A DNA stretch of 64,000 bases from an uncultured delta proteobacterium (GTDB taxonomy: Bacteria; Desulfobacterota; Binatia; UBA9968), in the NCBI GenBank assembly GCA_963728565.1, contig CAVSLC010000002.1, forward strand, positions 32,001 to 96,000, given 5' to 3'. Shown piece after piece: positions 21,883-33,496 of the stretch. The notes below the pieces were generated by a model. It had not been told where the DNA came from. It searched no databases and saw only the letters and a list, made by a program, of their open reading frames with translations. The stretch's first letter is position 1. The number at the start of each line of letters is the position of its first letter. The position numbers were made by a program, and so were the translations under genes.

Positions 21883-22074
21883 CCCAGCGCTGGGCCGGGC
21901 TTGGAAGAAGAGATGGAAAGCAGACCTTATCGCAAAGGTCGCCGAGGGCATCACGAAACAAGGATGAGAAATCCATGTCGAAACCCTGCCGACCTTCTTT
22001 GTTCGCGGTGAGATAGATTTTCGGTGCGCCAAGTTAAGAGTTTCACCGGCATAAACACAGGGTTGGATGACGAT

Positions 22075-22520
22075 ATGAAAAAAGAGATTTACGTCAGAAA
22101 CCTGGAGAAGCGCGATCTACCTGCGATGGTTTAGCTGGAGGAGCGCCAGACCGGAATAGCGCGTCCCGCGTACCGGGAGAAGAGAAATTGATCTCCGGGG
22201 CCTTTCGGCGTCACTGGGACTCTTGGGTCGCCGAGGTCGACACCGCGTCGTCGGCTTTGTGTGGGGACACTCCAGTGAATCTGAGTTCGGATTACCCGGC
22301 ACCATCACGTGGATTGAAATAATCGGAGGTGGAGCCGGCGCATCGCGGGCAAGGGATCACCCAGAAACTCGTCGGACCGTTCGCCGAATCGGCTGAAGAC
22401 CATGGCATCAAAAGCCATCACTCTGGTGAGCAACAGCCGGACCGAGATGCAGCTTTTTTCAGCAGACTGGGTTTCGTTTACGGCAAGATGCTGCACTATC
22501 AAAAGGAGCTTTCCGTTTAA
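22075..22520 (+). pseudogene. GNAT acetyltransferase, disrupted
   Basis: MKKEIYVRNLEKRDL, in-frame TAG, then VVGFV, EFGLPGTITWIEIIG-VEPAHRGQGI, FFSRLGF..MLHYQKEL across several frameshifts. Confidence 0.75.
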
Positions 22521-22529
22521 ACCGCGATT

Positions 22530-23690
22530 ATGGAATTTCTAGACGATGACCAATCCCGGAGTCTGCGCCAAAAAGTCCATTCCTGGACGCGCAAGAATCC
22601 GCTTGATGTCGAGCCCAGTTCAGAAACGCTTGAACGCAACGCTTGCGAACTGGCCCAACGACTCGGCCGAGAGGGCTTAACGGCTTATGCGATTCCCGGT
22701 CGTTACGGGGGCATGCGCGATACCGTTCAGGCGCGCGATCTGTGTGTGATCCGCGAGGAATTGGCGTCCCATGCAGCTCTAGCCGACGTGATGTTCGGCG
22801 TCCAGGCTCTCGGCAGCTATCCTATTGTCATCGCCGGCACGGAAGAACAAAAGAAAAGATACTTGCCGGCTCTAGCGAGCGCAGAAAGTCTCATTGCCTT
22901 CGCCTTGAGCGAACCCGAAGCGGGATCGGATGCTGCGGCGATTAGCAGCGAGGCCCAAAGGGTCAGCGGCGGTTACCGCTTGCACGGAGTCAAGCGATTT
23001 ATCTCGAACGCGGGCATCGCTCAGATTTACGTCGTTTTCGCGTCGACCACACCGGCCGCCAAGGCCAAAGGCATCAGCGCCTTTATCGTGCCGGCCGATA
23101 CTCCCGGCTTCACCGTCAAGGAAAAAACCCGATTGCTTTCACCTCATCCGATCGGCGTCCTGGCCTTTGACGATTGTTTTGTGGCGCAACAGCAACGGCT
23201 CGGCAGCGAAGGCGATGGGCTCAATATCGCGTACCGCACTCTGGACACCTTGCGCTCGACCGTCGGCGCCGCTGCCGTGGGCTTTGCCCGCAGAGCGTTG
23301 GCTGAAGCGATCTCTTATAGCCAGCGGCGGCGACAATTCGGTCGAGCGATCGGCGAGTTTCAAGGGATTCAATTTAAGATCGCCGAGATGGCGGCAGATC
23401 TGGAGGCGGCGCGCCTGCTCGTCTATCAAGCCGCCTGGGCTCATGACATGCACGACCCGGAGTTGCGGCTCAAATCATCCATCGCCAAGCTCTTTGCCAC
23501 AGAAGCGGCGCAGAGAATCGTCGACCAGGGATTGCAGATTCACGGCGGTAACGGTGTGGTGGCGGGTCATATCATGGAACGGCTTTACCGCGACGTGCGC
23601 GCTCTGCGCATTTACGAAGGGTCCTCCGAGATACAAAAATTAGTGATCGCCAAAAACCTGATCCATAAGGAGCGTCCTCATGGACTTTGA
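22530..23690 (+). CDS. acyl-CoA dehydrogenase
   Basis: AFALSEPEAGSD, KRFISNAG, RRQFG, QIHGGNG, RALRIYEGSSEIQK. Confidence 0.95.
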   Translation: MEFLDDDQSRSLRQKVHSWTRKNPLDVEPSSETLERNACELAQRLGREGLTAYAIPGRYGGMRDTVQARDLCVIREELASHAALADVMFGVQALGSYPIVIAGTEEQKKRYLPALASAESLIAFALSEPEAGSDAAAISSEAQRVSGGYRLHGVKRFISNAGIAQIYVVFASTTPAAKAKGISAFIVPADTPGFTVKEKTRLLSPHPIGVLAFDDCFVAQQQRLGSEGDGLNIAYRTLDTLRSTVGAAAVGFARRALAEAISYSQRRRQFGRAIGEFQGIQFKIAEMAADLEAARLLVYQAAWAHDMHDPELRLKSSIAKLFATEAAQRIVDQGLQIHGGNGVVAGHIMERLYRDVRALRIYEGSSEIQKLVIAKNLIHKERPHGL

Positions 23691-23848
23691 GTAAATGCAA
23701 GAGCTCTCCGAGGTTCAAAAACTCGCCCACGATTTCGCCTAGAAGAAGTCGCGCCGAGCGTCGCGCTGCATGACCGAGATCGTAATCCCGGGCGGAGATT
23801 GTGAGACCGGAGTTGTACGAGTCATGCGCTATTCTCTGGCATGAATTT

Positions 23849-23986
23849 AAATCCGATATCTGAATATCGAACCGAAACAAGTTCAAAATTCAAATATTAA
23901 ATCAAAAAACGCTGATGGCGTGTTTGAAATTTGCGTATTTTATCATTTGCATTTGTTTCGAGCTGCGGGTTTAGTGCTTCGAATTT
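23849..23986. repeat. AT-rich imperfect inverted-repeat element
   Basis: left AAATCCGATATCTGAATATCGAACCGAAACAAGTTCAAA vs reverse complement of right AAATTCGAAGCACTAAACCCGCAGCTCGAAACAAATGCAAA; between convergent genes. Confidence 0.55.
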
Positions 23987-24049
23987 CCCCCCCGGGCGCT
24001 GGCGCCCTGAGGAACTCTCCTTTACAGGAATCTCAACGGCGCGCTGAGA

Positions 24050-26134
24050 TCATGAGATCGAGTGACGAGCGCTGCCGTCTCCGTCAGCGGGCAACATTCG
24101 GGTCTCCAGCGGCGGCGCTGGCGGGAGCCCCGTCACCTCGAGAATCTCCTGCTCGTTGAGAGTCTCACGCGCCAACAAGGCTTCGACGAGCGCATCCAGT
24201 TGCTTACGGTGCGCCATCAACAGACGCTTGGCCTGATCGTGGCTGTCGCCGATAATCTTGCGTACCTCGGCATCGATGGCTTCAGCGGTGTCTTCGCTGA
24301 AGGCCCGCGAACCTGCGTAATCGCCGGAGCTGTTCAAATAGGGGTTCTCTCGTGGCGCAAGCTGCACCAATCCAAGGCGGTCGCTCATTCCCCAGCGGGT
24401 CACCATGCGCCGGGCAATACCCGTAGCCTGTTCGATGTCGCTTTCGGCGCCAGTAGTCTTGGTGCCGTAGACAATCTCCTCGGCGGCGCGCCCGCCGAGC
24501 ATGCCGACGATGCGCGCGCGAAGATAGGCTTCCGGGTAATTGTAGCGGTCGCTGTCCGGCCGCTGATAGGTGACGCCGAGCGCCTGGCCACGCGGCACGA
24601 TCGTTACCCGGTTTACCGGGTCAGCGCCCGGCACCACCAAGCCGAGGATGGCATGTCCGCCTTCGTGGTAGGCGATACGTTCCTTGTCGGCGCGGCTGAG
24701 CAGCAGAGGGCGCTCGGGGCCGAGGACGATTTTCTCCAGCGCATCGAGGAAATCTTTGTAACGAACCTCGTTCTGCTCGCGGCGGGCTGCCAGCAGCGCC
24801 GCCTCATTGACTAGATTTTTCAAATCTGCCCCCGAGAACCCCGGCGTCGCGGCGGCAATCTCCTCTAAGTTTGCGTCGTTCGCCAGCGGCACGCCGCGGG
24901 TGTGGACTTTGAGGATCGCCTCGCGCCCGATTTTATCCGGCAGGTTAACCACCACCCGTCGGTCGAAGCGTCCGGGCCGCAGGAGCGCTTTGTCGAGCAC
25001 GTCGGGCTGATTGGTTGCGGCCAAAACGATGATGCCCTCCCGGCTCGAGAAGCCGTCCATTTCAGTGAGAATTTGATTGAGGGTCTGTTCCTGCTCGCTC
25101 GATCCGCCGATCGCTACCTGTCCCCGCGCCCGTCCGATAGCGTCCAATTCGTCAATGAAGACGATCGCGGGCGCGTTCTCTCTCGCCTGCTTGAACAGAT
25201 CCCGCACCCTCGCGGCGCCCACTCCGACGATCATCTCGACAAACTCCGCGGCGCTCATCGAGAAGAACGGCACGCCCGCTTCTCCGGCGACCGCCTTCGC
25301 CAGCAGCGTCTTGCCTGTGCCCGGCGCGCCGATCAGCAGCACGCCTTTCGGAGCGGCCCCGCCAAGACGGGTGTACTTCTTGGGATCCTTGAGGAAATCG
25401 ACGATCTCGACCAGTTCATTTTCGGCTTCGTCGATGCCAGCGACGTCGTTGAAAGTAACCTTGGTATCCTTCTCCTGATCATAACGGCGCGCCTTGCTCC
25501 TGCCGATCCCCATTAACCCGCCCATGCCGCCGCCCTGCTGCGCCGCACGCCGGAACATCCAGACGTAAAAGCCGATGAATAGCAGGGCCGGGCCAAATCC
25601 AAAGAGAAGCGTAGACAAGGGGCCGCCGCCTTCGTCGATCGGTTTAGCGCTGATCTCGACACCGTTGTCGATCAAGAATGACTCCAGCCCCGGATCGACA
25701 AAGGCCGGCAGTGTAGTCGTGAAGTTCGTCGCCGTTTTCGGCGCGGGGCGGGGAGTCGCGCCGCGCTCTCTCGGCTGTTTGCTTTCCTTGCTGGCGGCTT
25801 CGCTTTTTTCCTCCTTAGGCGGATAGGTGACGGCGGTCTTGAAGCGGCCGGTGATCGACTCACCCTGGCTGTAGATCGACTCGACATTGCCCTTGCCGAT
25901 TTCCTCTTTGAACAGAGTATAGGGGATCGTGACCGGCGCTTCTGGACTCGGAATGAGAAGTCTCATTACCAAATAGTTTGCGAGTAAAATGCCGACAAAC
26001 CAGAGCCAGGTTCTGCCGGGCGGCATCTTCCACTGCTGGGCGCTCTTCGCGTCTCCAGGCTTATTGTTGGACGACTGAAGACGGCTGGCCGGACCGGAGT
26101 CGCCGCGTCTTGTCTGCTGCCCCGTCGGACTCAT
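24050..26134 (-). CDS. ftsH: ATP-dependent zinc metalloprotease FtsH
   Basis: two TM helices, Walker A GAPGTGKT, Walker [25 protein letters not shown] zinc motif; AGGAGG SD. Confidence 0.97.
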   Translation of the reverse strand: MSPTGQQTRRGDSGPASRLQSSNNKPGDAKSAQQWKMPPGRTWLWFVGILLANYLVMRLLIPSPEAPVTIPYTLFKEEIGKGNVESIYSQGESITGRFKTAVTYPPKEEKSEAASKESKQPRERGATPRPAPKTATNFTTTLPAFVDPGLESFLIDNGVEISAKPIDEGGGPLSTLLFGFGPALLFIGFYVWMFRRAAQQGGGMGGLMGIGRSKARRYDQEKDTKVTFNDVAGIDEAENELVEIVDFLKDPKKYTRLGGAAPKGVLLIGAPGTGKTLLAKAVAGEAGVPFFSMSAAEFVEMIVGVGAARVRDLFKQARENAPAIVFIDELDAIGRARGQVAIGGSSEQEQTLNQILTEMDGFSSREGIIVLAATNQPDVLDKALLRPGRFDRRVVVNLPDKIGREAILKVHTRGVPLANDANLEEIAAATPGFSGADLKNLVNEAALLAARREQNEVRYKDFLDALEKIVLGPERPLLLSRADKERIAYHEGGHAILGLVVPGADPVNRVTIVPRGQALGVTYQRPDSDRYNYPEAYLRARIVGMLGGRAAEEIVYGTKTTGAESDIEQATGIARRMVTRWGMSDRLGLVQLAPRENPYLNSSGDYAGSRAFSEDTAEAIDAEVRKIIGDSHDQAKRLLMAHRKQLDALVEALLARETLNEQEILEVTGLPPAPPLETRMLPADGDGSARHSIS

Positions 26135-26485
26135 GGAAACCTCCTACCAATACCGTTTTGCCTAACGACAGGCAAAATCCGTGCAATCATGATTGACGAC
26201 TATCATTCACATCCCATGACAACAAGAATAATTATGCTTTTGCTCGATCGATGCACGACGAGTTTTGCGGATGTCTGATAGTGGCGTGCGCATATGCTTC
26301 TTTCTTTGCTGGTCCAGGCTTGCGGGTAATCCCTAGCTCCCGCCCGGCTGCTGTCCGCAAGGAGCTGCGCCCGTAATGCTCACTGGCATGGCCCTCGTCT
26401 AAGATCCGCTCACTGCGCCCCATTGAGAGAAGCGACTTACCTTGATCGGTCCGCTCATAGTTGTAGGCTCAAATATGAGGACAGA

Positions 26486-26660
26486 CTGGAGCTAAACCAG
26501 CGTGTTCGAAATGCCGATGCGATTCTGATCGTGACAACGCCGCCGAGCGTTTCGGATGCGCCGGGTAACCTCACGGATGAGGCAGACGAAAGATCATACC
26601 CGCCGGCTGCTCCGGCATCTTCCGGAGTGGACCGGGCGAGTCGCGAATCCAAACAGCTAT
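26486..26660 (+). pseudogene. NADPH-dependent FMN reductase (ChrR/SsuE-like) remnant
   Basis: LNQRVRNADAILIVT joined directly to NAAERF-DAPGNLTDEA-TKDHTRRLLRHLPEWT; PEYN core deleted. Confidence 0.6.
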
Positions 26661-26871
26661 CTAAGCTGTGATTGCCGTCAAAGAGCGGGCGAATTTTCGA
26701 CATAGATCTAGTGATTCAAGCCGCAAGAGCGATTGAAAAAATGAATCAATCAGATGAAGCGCCGTGTATGCGGTTTGGTCTTTCTTCATATTTGCCGATG
26801 AACGAACATCCGGCTCCCGGCCTCAGAGGCGCGCGCAGCAAGCAGAAGTCAAGTTACGAAAGGTCGAACCT

Positions 26872-27318
26872 ATGTCTGATCCGCAATTGATTCGTTGTCC
26901 CTCCTGCGGCGCTACTAACCGAGTGCCGCTGGAAAAAATCGCTCAGCGGCTCAAACCCGTATGCGGCCGGTGCAAAACACCTTTATCCGCGGAGACGAAA
27001 CCGGTGACGATCACGGACGCCACGTTTGCGGCCGAAGTCGAGCGCTCCCCTGTGCCGGTGCTGCTCGATATGTGGGCGCCATGGTGCGGACCCTGCCGGA
27101 TGGTAGCGCCGGTGATTGAAGAGCTGGCCGTGGAAATGGCGGGCCGCGTGCGGGTGGCGAAACTCAACGTCGACGAAAATCCGGTGACTGCGGCGCGCTT
27201 CCATGTCCAGAGCATTCCTACTTTGCTCGTGCTCAGGGGAGGGCGCGAAGTGGACCGTATCGTTGGCGTGCAGCCCAAAGCGGCGATCGTTCGGCGGCTG
27301 GAAAGAGCCGCCGCCTAG
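26872..27318 (+). CDS. trxC: thioredoxin 2 with N-terminal zinc finger
   Basis: CPSC..CGRC zinc motifs and WAPWCGPC active site. Confidence 0.94.
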   Translation: MSDPQLIRCPSCGATNRVPLEKIAQRLKPVCGRCKTPLSAETKPVTITDATFAAEVERSPVPVLLDMWAPWCGPCRMVAPVIEELAVEMAGRVRVAKLNVDENPVTAARFHVQSIPTLLVLRGGREVDRIVGVQPKAAIVRRLERAAA

Positions 27319-27570
27319 GACTCAGGAGTAGCGCCTCACCCTTCCTGGCCGTCGATTCTGTACCTAGCATCTTCTGAAATCCCGATAGACACATTCCGGT
27401 ACACCTGCGGCGCTCTGAGATGCGGTTCCTGAGGTTCTATACAACGGTACTTCGCTCCAGCGGTTAGGTTTTTTTCCGGACGTCAATGCGACCTTTAGGA
27501 ATTGGCTACTCGCCAGGTACACGAAAAAGAAACTACAGTCTATCGGACAGTTCGTCGAAGAGAGGAAGAA

Positions 27571-28791
27571 ATGTCACATAAAGAATTCCAAATGACATCA
27601 TCCGCCGTTCAGCGATGCCGAATGGCAAAGTTGATCGGCGCCATGTTCATCACCTGTTTTGCAAGCGTCGCGCCGCAGCTCGTTCAAGCCCAGGCGCCGC
27701 GCTCGCCCACGCCGGAGTCGGTCAAGGGAGTTGTTGACTTCCAGACGATTGCCAAAGGGATCGAGCACCCCTGGAGCCTGGCTTTCCTCCCGGATGGGCG
27801 GATGCTGGTTACCGAACGATCAGGTCGCTTGCGCGTTGTGAGTTCCGACGGGCGCGTCTCCGAGCCGGTCACAGGAGTCCCGCGGGTCTACGCGAGCGGT
27901 CAAGGCGGGCTCCTGGACGTGGCGCTGAGTCCGGGATTCGATAAAGATCGGTTGGTCTATTTATCTTTCGCCGAATCCGGCGAAGGCGGCGCCGGCACGG
28001 CCATTGCCCGGGGGCGACTCCGTGAAAGTGGGCTTGAGAACACGCAGGTGATCTGGCGACAGCAGCCCAAGGTGAGCGGCTCCAATCACTTCGGGTCGCG
28101 GATCGTGTTTCGCCGCGACGGCACTCTGTTCGTAACTTTGGGCGAACGCTTCAACTATTCCGACGCCGCGCAGGATTTATCCACGACCATAGGCAAGATC
28201 GTCCGCATCAACCCGGACGGCTCGGCGCCGAAGGATAATCCGTTCGTACGACGCGCCGGCGCGCGCCCGGAAATCTGGTCGTACGGTCACCGCAACGTGC
28301 AAGCCGCCGCACTCCATCCCGAGAGCGGGCAGCTCTGGACCGTGGAGCACGGTGCGCGCGGCGGCGACGAGTTGAATCATCCCGAGGCCGGCAAGAATTA
28401 CGGTTGGCCGGTGATCTCCTACGGCCGTCATTACTCTTTTCTTCCAATCGGCGAAGGGACAGCGAAGGAAGGCATGGAGCAACCGGTCTACTATTGGGAC
28501 CCAGTGATTGCGCCCTCGGGGATGGTCTTTTACACGGGTGAGCTGTTCGCGGCCTGGAAGGGTAACATCCTGGTGGGTTCGCTCACTCCCGGCGGATTGG
28601 TGCGGCTGATAATGAAAGACGGCAAAGTCGCGCAAGAAGAACGTTACCTGGGTGATTTAGGAGAGCGCATTCGCGATGTGCGCCAGGCATCGGACGGCTC
28701 GCTCTATCTTCTCACCGATGCGCGCAACGGCCGGATTTTGAGAATCAGGCCGGTGAAAGACGCCTCAGGGCAGGAGTCGCGCCGGCAGTGA
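27571..28791 (+). CDS. PQQ-dependent soluble aldose sugar dehydrogenase (YliI/GSDH family)
   Basis: signal peptide; HPWSLAFLPDG, GQGGLLDV, HFGSR, SYGHRNVQ, GKNYGWP, IAPSG, RIRDV. Confidence 0.93.
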   Translation: MSHKEFQMTSSAVQRCRMAKLIGAMFITCFASVAPQLVQAQAPRSPTPESVKGVVDFQTIAKGIEHPWSLAFLPDGRMLVTERSGRLRVVSSDGRVSEPVTGVPRVYASGQGGLLDVALSPGFDKDRLVYLSFAESGEGGAGTAIARGRLRESGLENTQVIWRQQPKVSGSNHFGSRIVFRRDGTLFVTLGERFNYSDAAQDLSTTIGKIVRINPDGSAPKDNPFVRRAGARPEIWSYGHRNVQAAALHPESGQLWTVEHGARGGDELNHPEAGKNYGWPVISYGRHYSFLPIGEGTAKEGMEQPVYYWDPVIAPSGMVFYTGELFAAWKGNILVGSLTPGGLVRLIMKDGKVAQEERYLGDLGERIRDVRQASDGSLYLLTDARNGRILRIRPVKDASGQESRRQ

Positions 28792-29003
28792 AGCCGCAGG
28801 CAAACCAGGCGGGTGCTCTCCGAGTTCCATGCTCTGAATGAGCATTTTGAAGAAGCGCTGCGAGCAACTTCGCTCGCTGCCGAAGACGGCGCGGCGACCG
28901 GCAAATTAAAGCTGCCGCAGAATCGAATCTTTGAACGAAAGCGAATTTTTCTTGCTCGATCTGTCGTAGAATGGGACCCTTCAATCGAGTCGTCAGGAGT
29001 CGT

Positions 29004-29200
29004 ATGACCGAGCCAATGCCGGCGATCTTTTTCGGTCTGGCAACCCCATCAACGCCGTGACGGGCAATCCTTATAGTGAAGGTGTGGCGCCGCATCGGCG
29101 AGCAGACGATTAAGCCAAACGCTATTCTGACAAGCTCCGCTAACTGGCTTGCCTCGGAAATTGCCGCGACTTTCAGCGCCGCTGGCACTCTCGTCTGTAG
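29004..29200 (+). pseudogene. 4,5-DOPA extradiol dioxygenase (YgiD/LigB family) N-terminal remnant
   Basis: AGGAG SD; MPAIFFG-GNPINAV..YSEG-WRRIGEQ..KPNAIL..SANW with frameshifts; truncated. Confidence 0.7.
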
Positions 29201-29349
29201 CGGAGCGCGGTTACTGCGCAATTCCTAAACAAAACCGGCGGGGCATTTTGAGGGCGTCGAACATCGGGCTGGGTAAAAGCTGCTTGCTTGCGCCGAGAGA
29301 TTGATCCGGGCGGACAAAAGATCGGTCCGTGATTCCACGGCCACGATCA

Positions 29350-30807
29350 TCACAGCAATGGCGAGAGGAGCCGCGCAACCGAATCTCTGAAGCGCATCAC
29401 GGCGCTGCGCTTGTGATATTCCTCGGGGTCAAATTCCTTGCAATAAGTCAGGTCGCGCGCGAAATCCGCTTCCAGTCGCTTGGCGACTTGCTCGCTGTAG
29501 AATACTGCATTGAGCTCGTAGTTGATGCTGAAGCTGCGGATGTCGATGTTCGCCGAACCGATGGAGCAGATTTCCGAGTCGATGGTGATTGTCTTTGCGT
29601 GCAAGTAGCCCTTCTCGTAGAGAAACACTCGGACCCCCGCTGTGACGATCTCCTCGATAAAGGTGTTCCCTGCCCACTCCGGCAGCCTGTTGCCAGATGG
29701 CCGGGCGCTCACCATCACCTTGACGTCGATCCCCGATAAGGCCGCCGTCGTCAGAGCTTCGGCGAGAGTGGCGTCGGGAAGAAAGAAGGGTGATTGAAGG
29801 TAGACGTGTTGCCGAGCCGAAGCGACCATTAGAGCGTATAGCTGTCTGATCGCCGCCCACTGCGAATCCGGACCAGAGGTCAGGATCTGCACCGGGATGT
29901 TGCTTTCTACCGGCTCTGTCGCGTCAGTGGGAAAGTGCCTGGCTTGGAACAGATTCTCTCCCACCGCATTAAACCAGTCCACCATGAACGCTGCCTGCAG
30001 AATCGCTACGCTTTCTCCCACCAGCCGCACCTGAGTGTCACGCCAGCTGTCAAATCCTTCTCCGCCGTCGAGGTGCTCCTGGCCCATATTCATGCCGCCG
30101 GTATAGCCGATCACCCCGTCGATGACAGTGATCTTGCGGTGATTTCGATAACTGATCGTATGCAGATGATAGAGCGGCGATGTCGCAGCCATTCGAATGC
30201 CGCGCGCCCGCATGTCTCTGACATAGCGATGGCCCACATGTGACTGAGAGCCTTGCGGATCGTAAAGCAGCCGCACTTCGACACCGGCGCTCGCCTTCTC
30301 AATCAAAATTTGCTTCACCCGGTCGGTGAATGGGTCCACGCCCCAGATGAAATATTGGAGATGAATCGAGTGGCGCGCGGCCTTCAAATCTTCGATGAGT
30401 CTGGGGTAAAACGTCGCCGCATCCTGCTGGATCTCGACACGGTTGCGAGTTGTCAGCGCCGAACGAGAGTTCCGTCGCACCATCATTGACAGCTTTTTAC
30501 CAGCAGGAGTCGCGTTCGAAAGCCGCGCCAGCTCGCTGTCCTGCCGGGACAGAATAGGCGATAACAGCGGCCGCGCGTTGGCCTCGAGATCTTGCATCAG
30601 CAGCTTGCTGCGTTTGCTGAAGGCCTTGTTGTCTCTGCCGAAAAAAAGATAGATGAGCAGCCCGATCCCGGGAGTGAAAAAAAGCACGAGCATCCAGGCC
30701 AGAGTCGATTGCGGCCTGCGGTTTTCGGTGATCACTAAAATGCTCATTACCAGCGCATAAAGAGCTAGCAACATCGTCAGGATGGTGAAAAGATTTTCCA
30801 TGAGCAT
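29350..30807 (-). CDS. cls: cardiolipin synthase
   Basis: N-terminal PLDc_N (RPQSTLAW) and two HKD motifs [11 protein letters not shown] and LHAKTITID. Confidence 0.95.
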   Translation of the reverse strand: MLMENLFTILTMLLALYALVMSILVITENRRPQSTLAWMLVLFFTPGIGLLIYLFFGRDNKAFSKRSKLLMQDLEANARPLLSPILSRQDSELARLSNATPAGKKLSMMVRRNSRSALTTRNRVEIQQDAATFYPRLIEDLKAARHSIHLQYFIWGVDPFTDRVKQILIEKASAGVEVRLLYDPQGSQSHVGHRYVRDMRARGIRMAATSPLYHLHTISYRNHRKITVIDGVIGYTGGMNMGQEHLDGGEGFDSWRDTQVRLVGESVAILQAAFMVDWFNAVGENLFQARHFPTDATEPVESNIPVQILTSGPDSQWAAIRQLYALMVASARQHVYLQSPFFLPDATLAEALTTAALSGIDVKVMVSARPSGNRLPEWAGNTFIEEIVTAGVRVFLYEKGYLHAKTITIDSEICSIGSANIDIRSFSINYELNAVFYSEQVAKRLEADFARDLTYCKEFDPEEYHKRSAVMRFRDSVARLLSPLL

Positions 30808-32728
30808 GGCTGCTCGCCAGGCGCAGTATCGCGGTTGCGCGCGCTAATCTATGAACGCCGTGCTCGTTGAGGCCACGCCATCGTTCTCTGCCCGACTGCG
30901 AATTTGCAGCGCGCCAAAGCAGCGCGGTTCCTAGCCCACCCGCGACCAAAGAGGCAAGAAAAATTCCAACCTTTGCTGCGGCGAAATCCGATTCATCGGG
31001 AAATGCCTTGTGGGCAATGTAGAGCGACATGGTGAAGCCGATCCCGGCAAGCGCCCCGGCGCCGATCATCTGAACCCACGAATACTCCTGCGGCTTTACG
31101 GCGATACCGAGGCGTACGGCAAGCGCCGCGCCAAGCGCCATTCCGATGGGCTTGCCCAGGACCAGTCCGAGCACGATGGCGGAGACGAGCCGCTCGTGTC
31201 CTTGCAGGACCACGGCGGACCAGGCGAGGCCCGAGTTTGCGAGAGCAAACAGCGGCAGCACAAAATAACTCGACCACGGCTCCACGGAGCGCAGCAGCTT
31301 GGAAGCCGGGGATTCGATCCGATCGTGAATCGCATCCAGCGCGCGCAATGTTGGTTCGGAAGGGCCATGCCGCAAGACTCCTTCTTCAGCGCGGCGCAGC
31401 TCGTGGCCGATCACAGTCTCAGCCTGTGCCATCAACGCCCGGAGGTTTCCCGGCGGGCGCGTCGGCGTCAGGGCGGCGACGATGACCCCGGCCAGCGTAG
31501 GGTGCAGACCGGCACCGTGCAGGCAGCCCCACAAAACGATTCCGAGCAAAGCGTACGGCAGCGGCGCGTAGATACCGCCGCGATTGAACATGACCATCAC
31601 TGCTGTCGTGGCGATAGAGGCGGCCGTATATTGCAGACTGATGCCAGCGGAGTAAAACAACGCGAGAATCGCGATTGCGACGAGATCATCAACGACAACC
31701 GCGGCGGTAAGGAAAATCCGCAACTCCACCGGCACGCGCGGGCCTAACAGCGCAATCAGCGCGATTGCGAAGGCTGTATCGGTGGTCGTTGGAATGGCCC
31801 ATCCCGCGGCCAACGGACCTGACGGCACTACCAGCAGGTATAGAGATGCGGGAAGCAGCATGCCGCCAGCGGCGGCCGCCAACGGCAACGCAGCCACCCG
31901 GGCTTTGGACAAACGCCCGACGGTCAGCTCGCGCTTTATTTCCAGTCCGACAACCAGAAAAAAAATCGTCAGCAAGCCGTCATTGAACCAGTCTCTTAGC
32001 GGCAGCTGAAAAGCCGCGCCGCCGGCAATCCATCCAACCGGCATTTCCCAAAGCGCTTCGAATGCCGGGCCCGCGGGCGAGTTGGTCAATAGGAGCGCTG
32101 CAATGATCATGGTTAGCAGCAGCAAACCAGTGGATGGCGCCCATCGAGCGAAATCGAGCGCCGCCGTCTGCACCCGGTGACCGAGGGAGCCAAGCAGGGC
32201 TTCCGTCAGCGCGCTCTCGTCCCAGGGCCCTTCATAGCGGCGATTGTTGATGAAAAACGTCGGCGACACCCGCGCGCCGCTGCGCCAGACGCTGTCGATG
32301 TCCTCCTGGACCCTAGCCTGCGCGCGGCGCCACGACTCTCGATGTGGGCCATCGGTGGGCGGAAGGCCGAGCTCAGCTGTCACTTCATCAAAATCTTCGG
32401 GCCGAAGCGTCGGCCCACGCTTCATCAGCGCGGCGTGCGCCGGCCAGTACTCGCCGGTGGTCTCATAGGCATATTGCGCCAGCTCGGCGGCGCGCCGCGC
32501 CGTCGCGTCGCCGCTAATCGGTCGATGGCGGAAGACGTAGCGCAGCCGGTCGCCGAAGCGATCACGCAAATCGGCAATGATTTCGTCGGCCGCGCGGCAA
32601 GACGGGCAGTTATAGCTGCCGTATTCGACGAGCGTAATGGGGGCGCTGGGGTCGCCTAGAGTGTGATCGGGACGGCCATTTACGGGGGGATCGAGTCTGT
32701 TGTTGCGAGACTCGCTGGCGGCGCTCAT
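30497..32728 (-). CDS. nhaA: Na+/H+ antiporter NhaA with N-terminal DsbA/thioredoxin domain
   Basis: [29 protein letters not shown], then [37 protein letters not shown]; recognisable protein ends near 30900, the remainder is probably read-through. Confidence 0.9.
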   Translation of the reverse strand: MSAASESRNNRLDPPVNGRPDHTLGDPSAPITLVEYGSYNCPSCRAADEIIADLRDRFGDRLRYVFRHRPISGDATARRAAELAQYAYETTGEYWPAHAALMKRGPTLRPEDFDEVTAELGLPPTDGPHRESWRRAQARVQEDIDSVWRSGARVSPTFFINNRRYEGPWDESALTEALLGSLGHRVQTAALDFARWAPSTGLLLLTMIIAALLLTNSPAGPAFEALWEMPVGWIAGGAAFQLPLRDWFNDGLLTIFFLVVGLEIKRELTVGRLSKARVAALPLAAAAGGMLLPASLYLLVVPSGPLAAGWAIPTTTDTAFAIALIALLGPRVPVELRIFLTAAVVVDDLVAIAILALFYSAGISLQYTAASIATTAVMVMFNRGGIYAPLPYALLGIVLWGCLHGAGLHPTLAGVIVAALTPTRPPGNLRALMAQAETVIGHELRRAEEGVLRHGPSEPTLRALDAIHDRIESPASKLLRSVEPWSSYFVLPLFALANSGLAWSAVVLQGHERLVSAIVLGLVLGKPIGMALGAALAVRLGIAVKPQEYSWVQMIGAGALAGIGFTMSLYIAHKAFPDESDFAAAKVGIFLASLVAGGLGTALLWRAANSQSGRERWRGLNEHGVHRLARATAILRLASSHAHGKSFHHPDDVASSLCAGNEHFSDHRKPQAAIDSGLDARAFFHSRDRAAHLSFFRQRQQGLQQTQQAADARSRGQRAAAVIAYSVPAGQRAGAAFERDSCW

Positions 32729-33067
32729 GGTTGTACGATTCCATCAGTCGCTAGTGCTTGGCCAGTGTGTTTTTCTGTCTTCGATAGTCTGTTCGGAGCC
32801 GTCGTCTCATCTTGTGCAGGCATCCACATATCGAAATCATAGTAGCCGTTAAAAGTCTAATATCTTTGGTCGGTATCTGATTACACGGATAGAAATAGCG
32901 GATACCGTGAATGATATAATTTATGGAGCGCCCGATTGCGGGGCTAGTTGCCCCGTTTTGTCCGACAATCGATGCAACTCGTGACATTCGGTATGAGCCT
33001 GCTTACTTCCGCCGGCCGTTTCTGTGTATGCTAACTAAGACTTTGAAGCAGGAACAGGAGATCCATC

Positions 33068-33496
33068 ATGCCATTCAAGCGAATATTGGTTGCCGTCGAT
33101 TTCTCGGCCAACTCACTCGAGGCGTTTCGCGTCGCCGCTGACATGGCTTCTGTCCATTCGGCGTCCTTGCATCTGCTTCATGTGATTGAAGCCTGGCCGG
33201 CGGCGCCGGGGGAAGCGGCCGTGGAGTTCGTTCAAAAGGCGAACGCAGCGATTGAACAGCTAGTCGCGTCCTCGCAGTCCGCTCTCGAAAAGGTGACACT
33301 CACTAGCGAGGTTGCCAGCGGGCGCGCCTTCGATGAGATCGTCAATCGCGCGCGTGATTGGCGCGCCGATCTCATCGTGTTGGGAACCAAAGGAACTACC
33401 TCGCTGGAACAAATCTTTCTAGGCGGCACCGCCGAGCACGTTATCAAGGAAGCGCCTTGTTCGGCTTTAATCGTGCGACCGGAAGGTAGAGCGTAG
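33068..33496 (+). CDS. universal stress protein (UspA family)
   Basis: KRILVAVDFS, LLHV, ADLIVLGTKG, LGGTAEHVIKEAPCSALIV; AGGAG SD. Confidence 0.94.
   Translation: MPFKRILVAVDFSANSLEAFRVAADMASVHSASLHLLHVIEAWPAAPGEAAVEFVQKANAAIEQLVASSQSALEKVTLTSEVASGRAFDEIVNRARDWRADLIVLGTKGTTSLEQIFLGGTAEHVIKEAPCSALIVRPEGRA

Noticed and set aside
21883-22074. Possible thioesterase remnant between the hydratase and GNAT
   Set aside because: Resemblance is limited to a few residues and cannot be supported
24062-25826. Plus-strand ORFs of 250 and 204 aa opposite ftsH
   Set aside because: Antisense shadow ORFs
30497-30850. Long C-terminal extension of NhaA overlapping cls by 311 nt
   Set aside because: It is an off-frame reading of cls with no protein-like features; most likely a lost stop or indel rather than a real overlap
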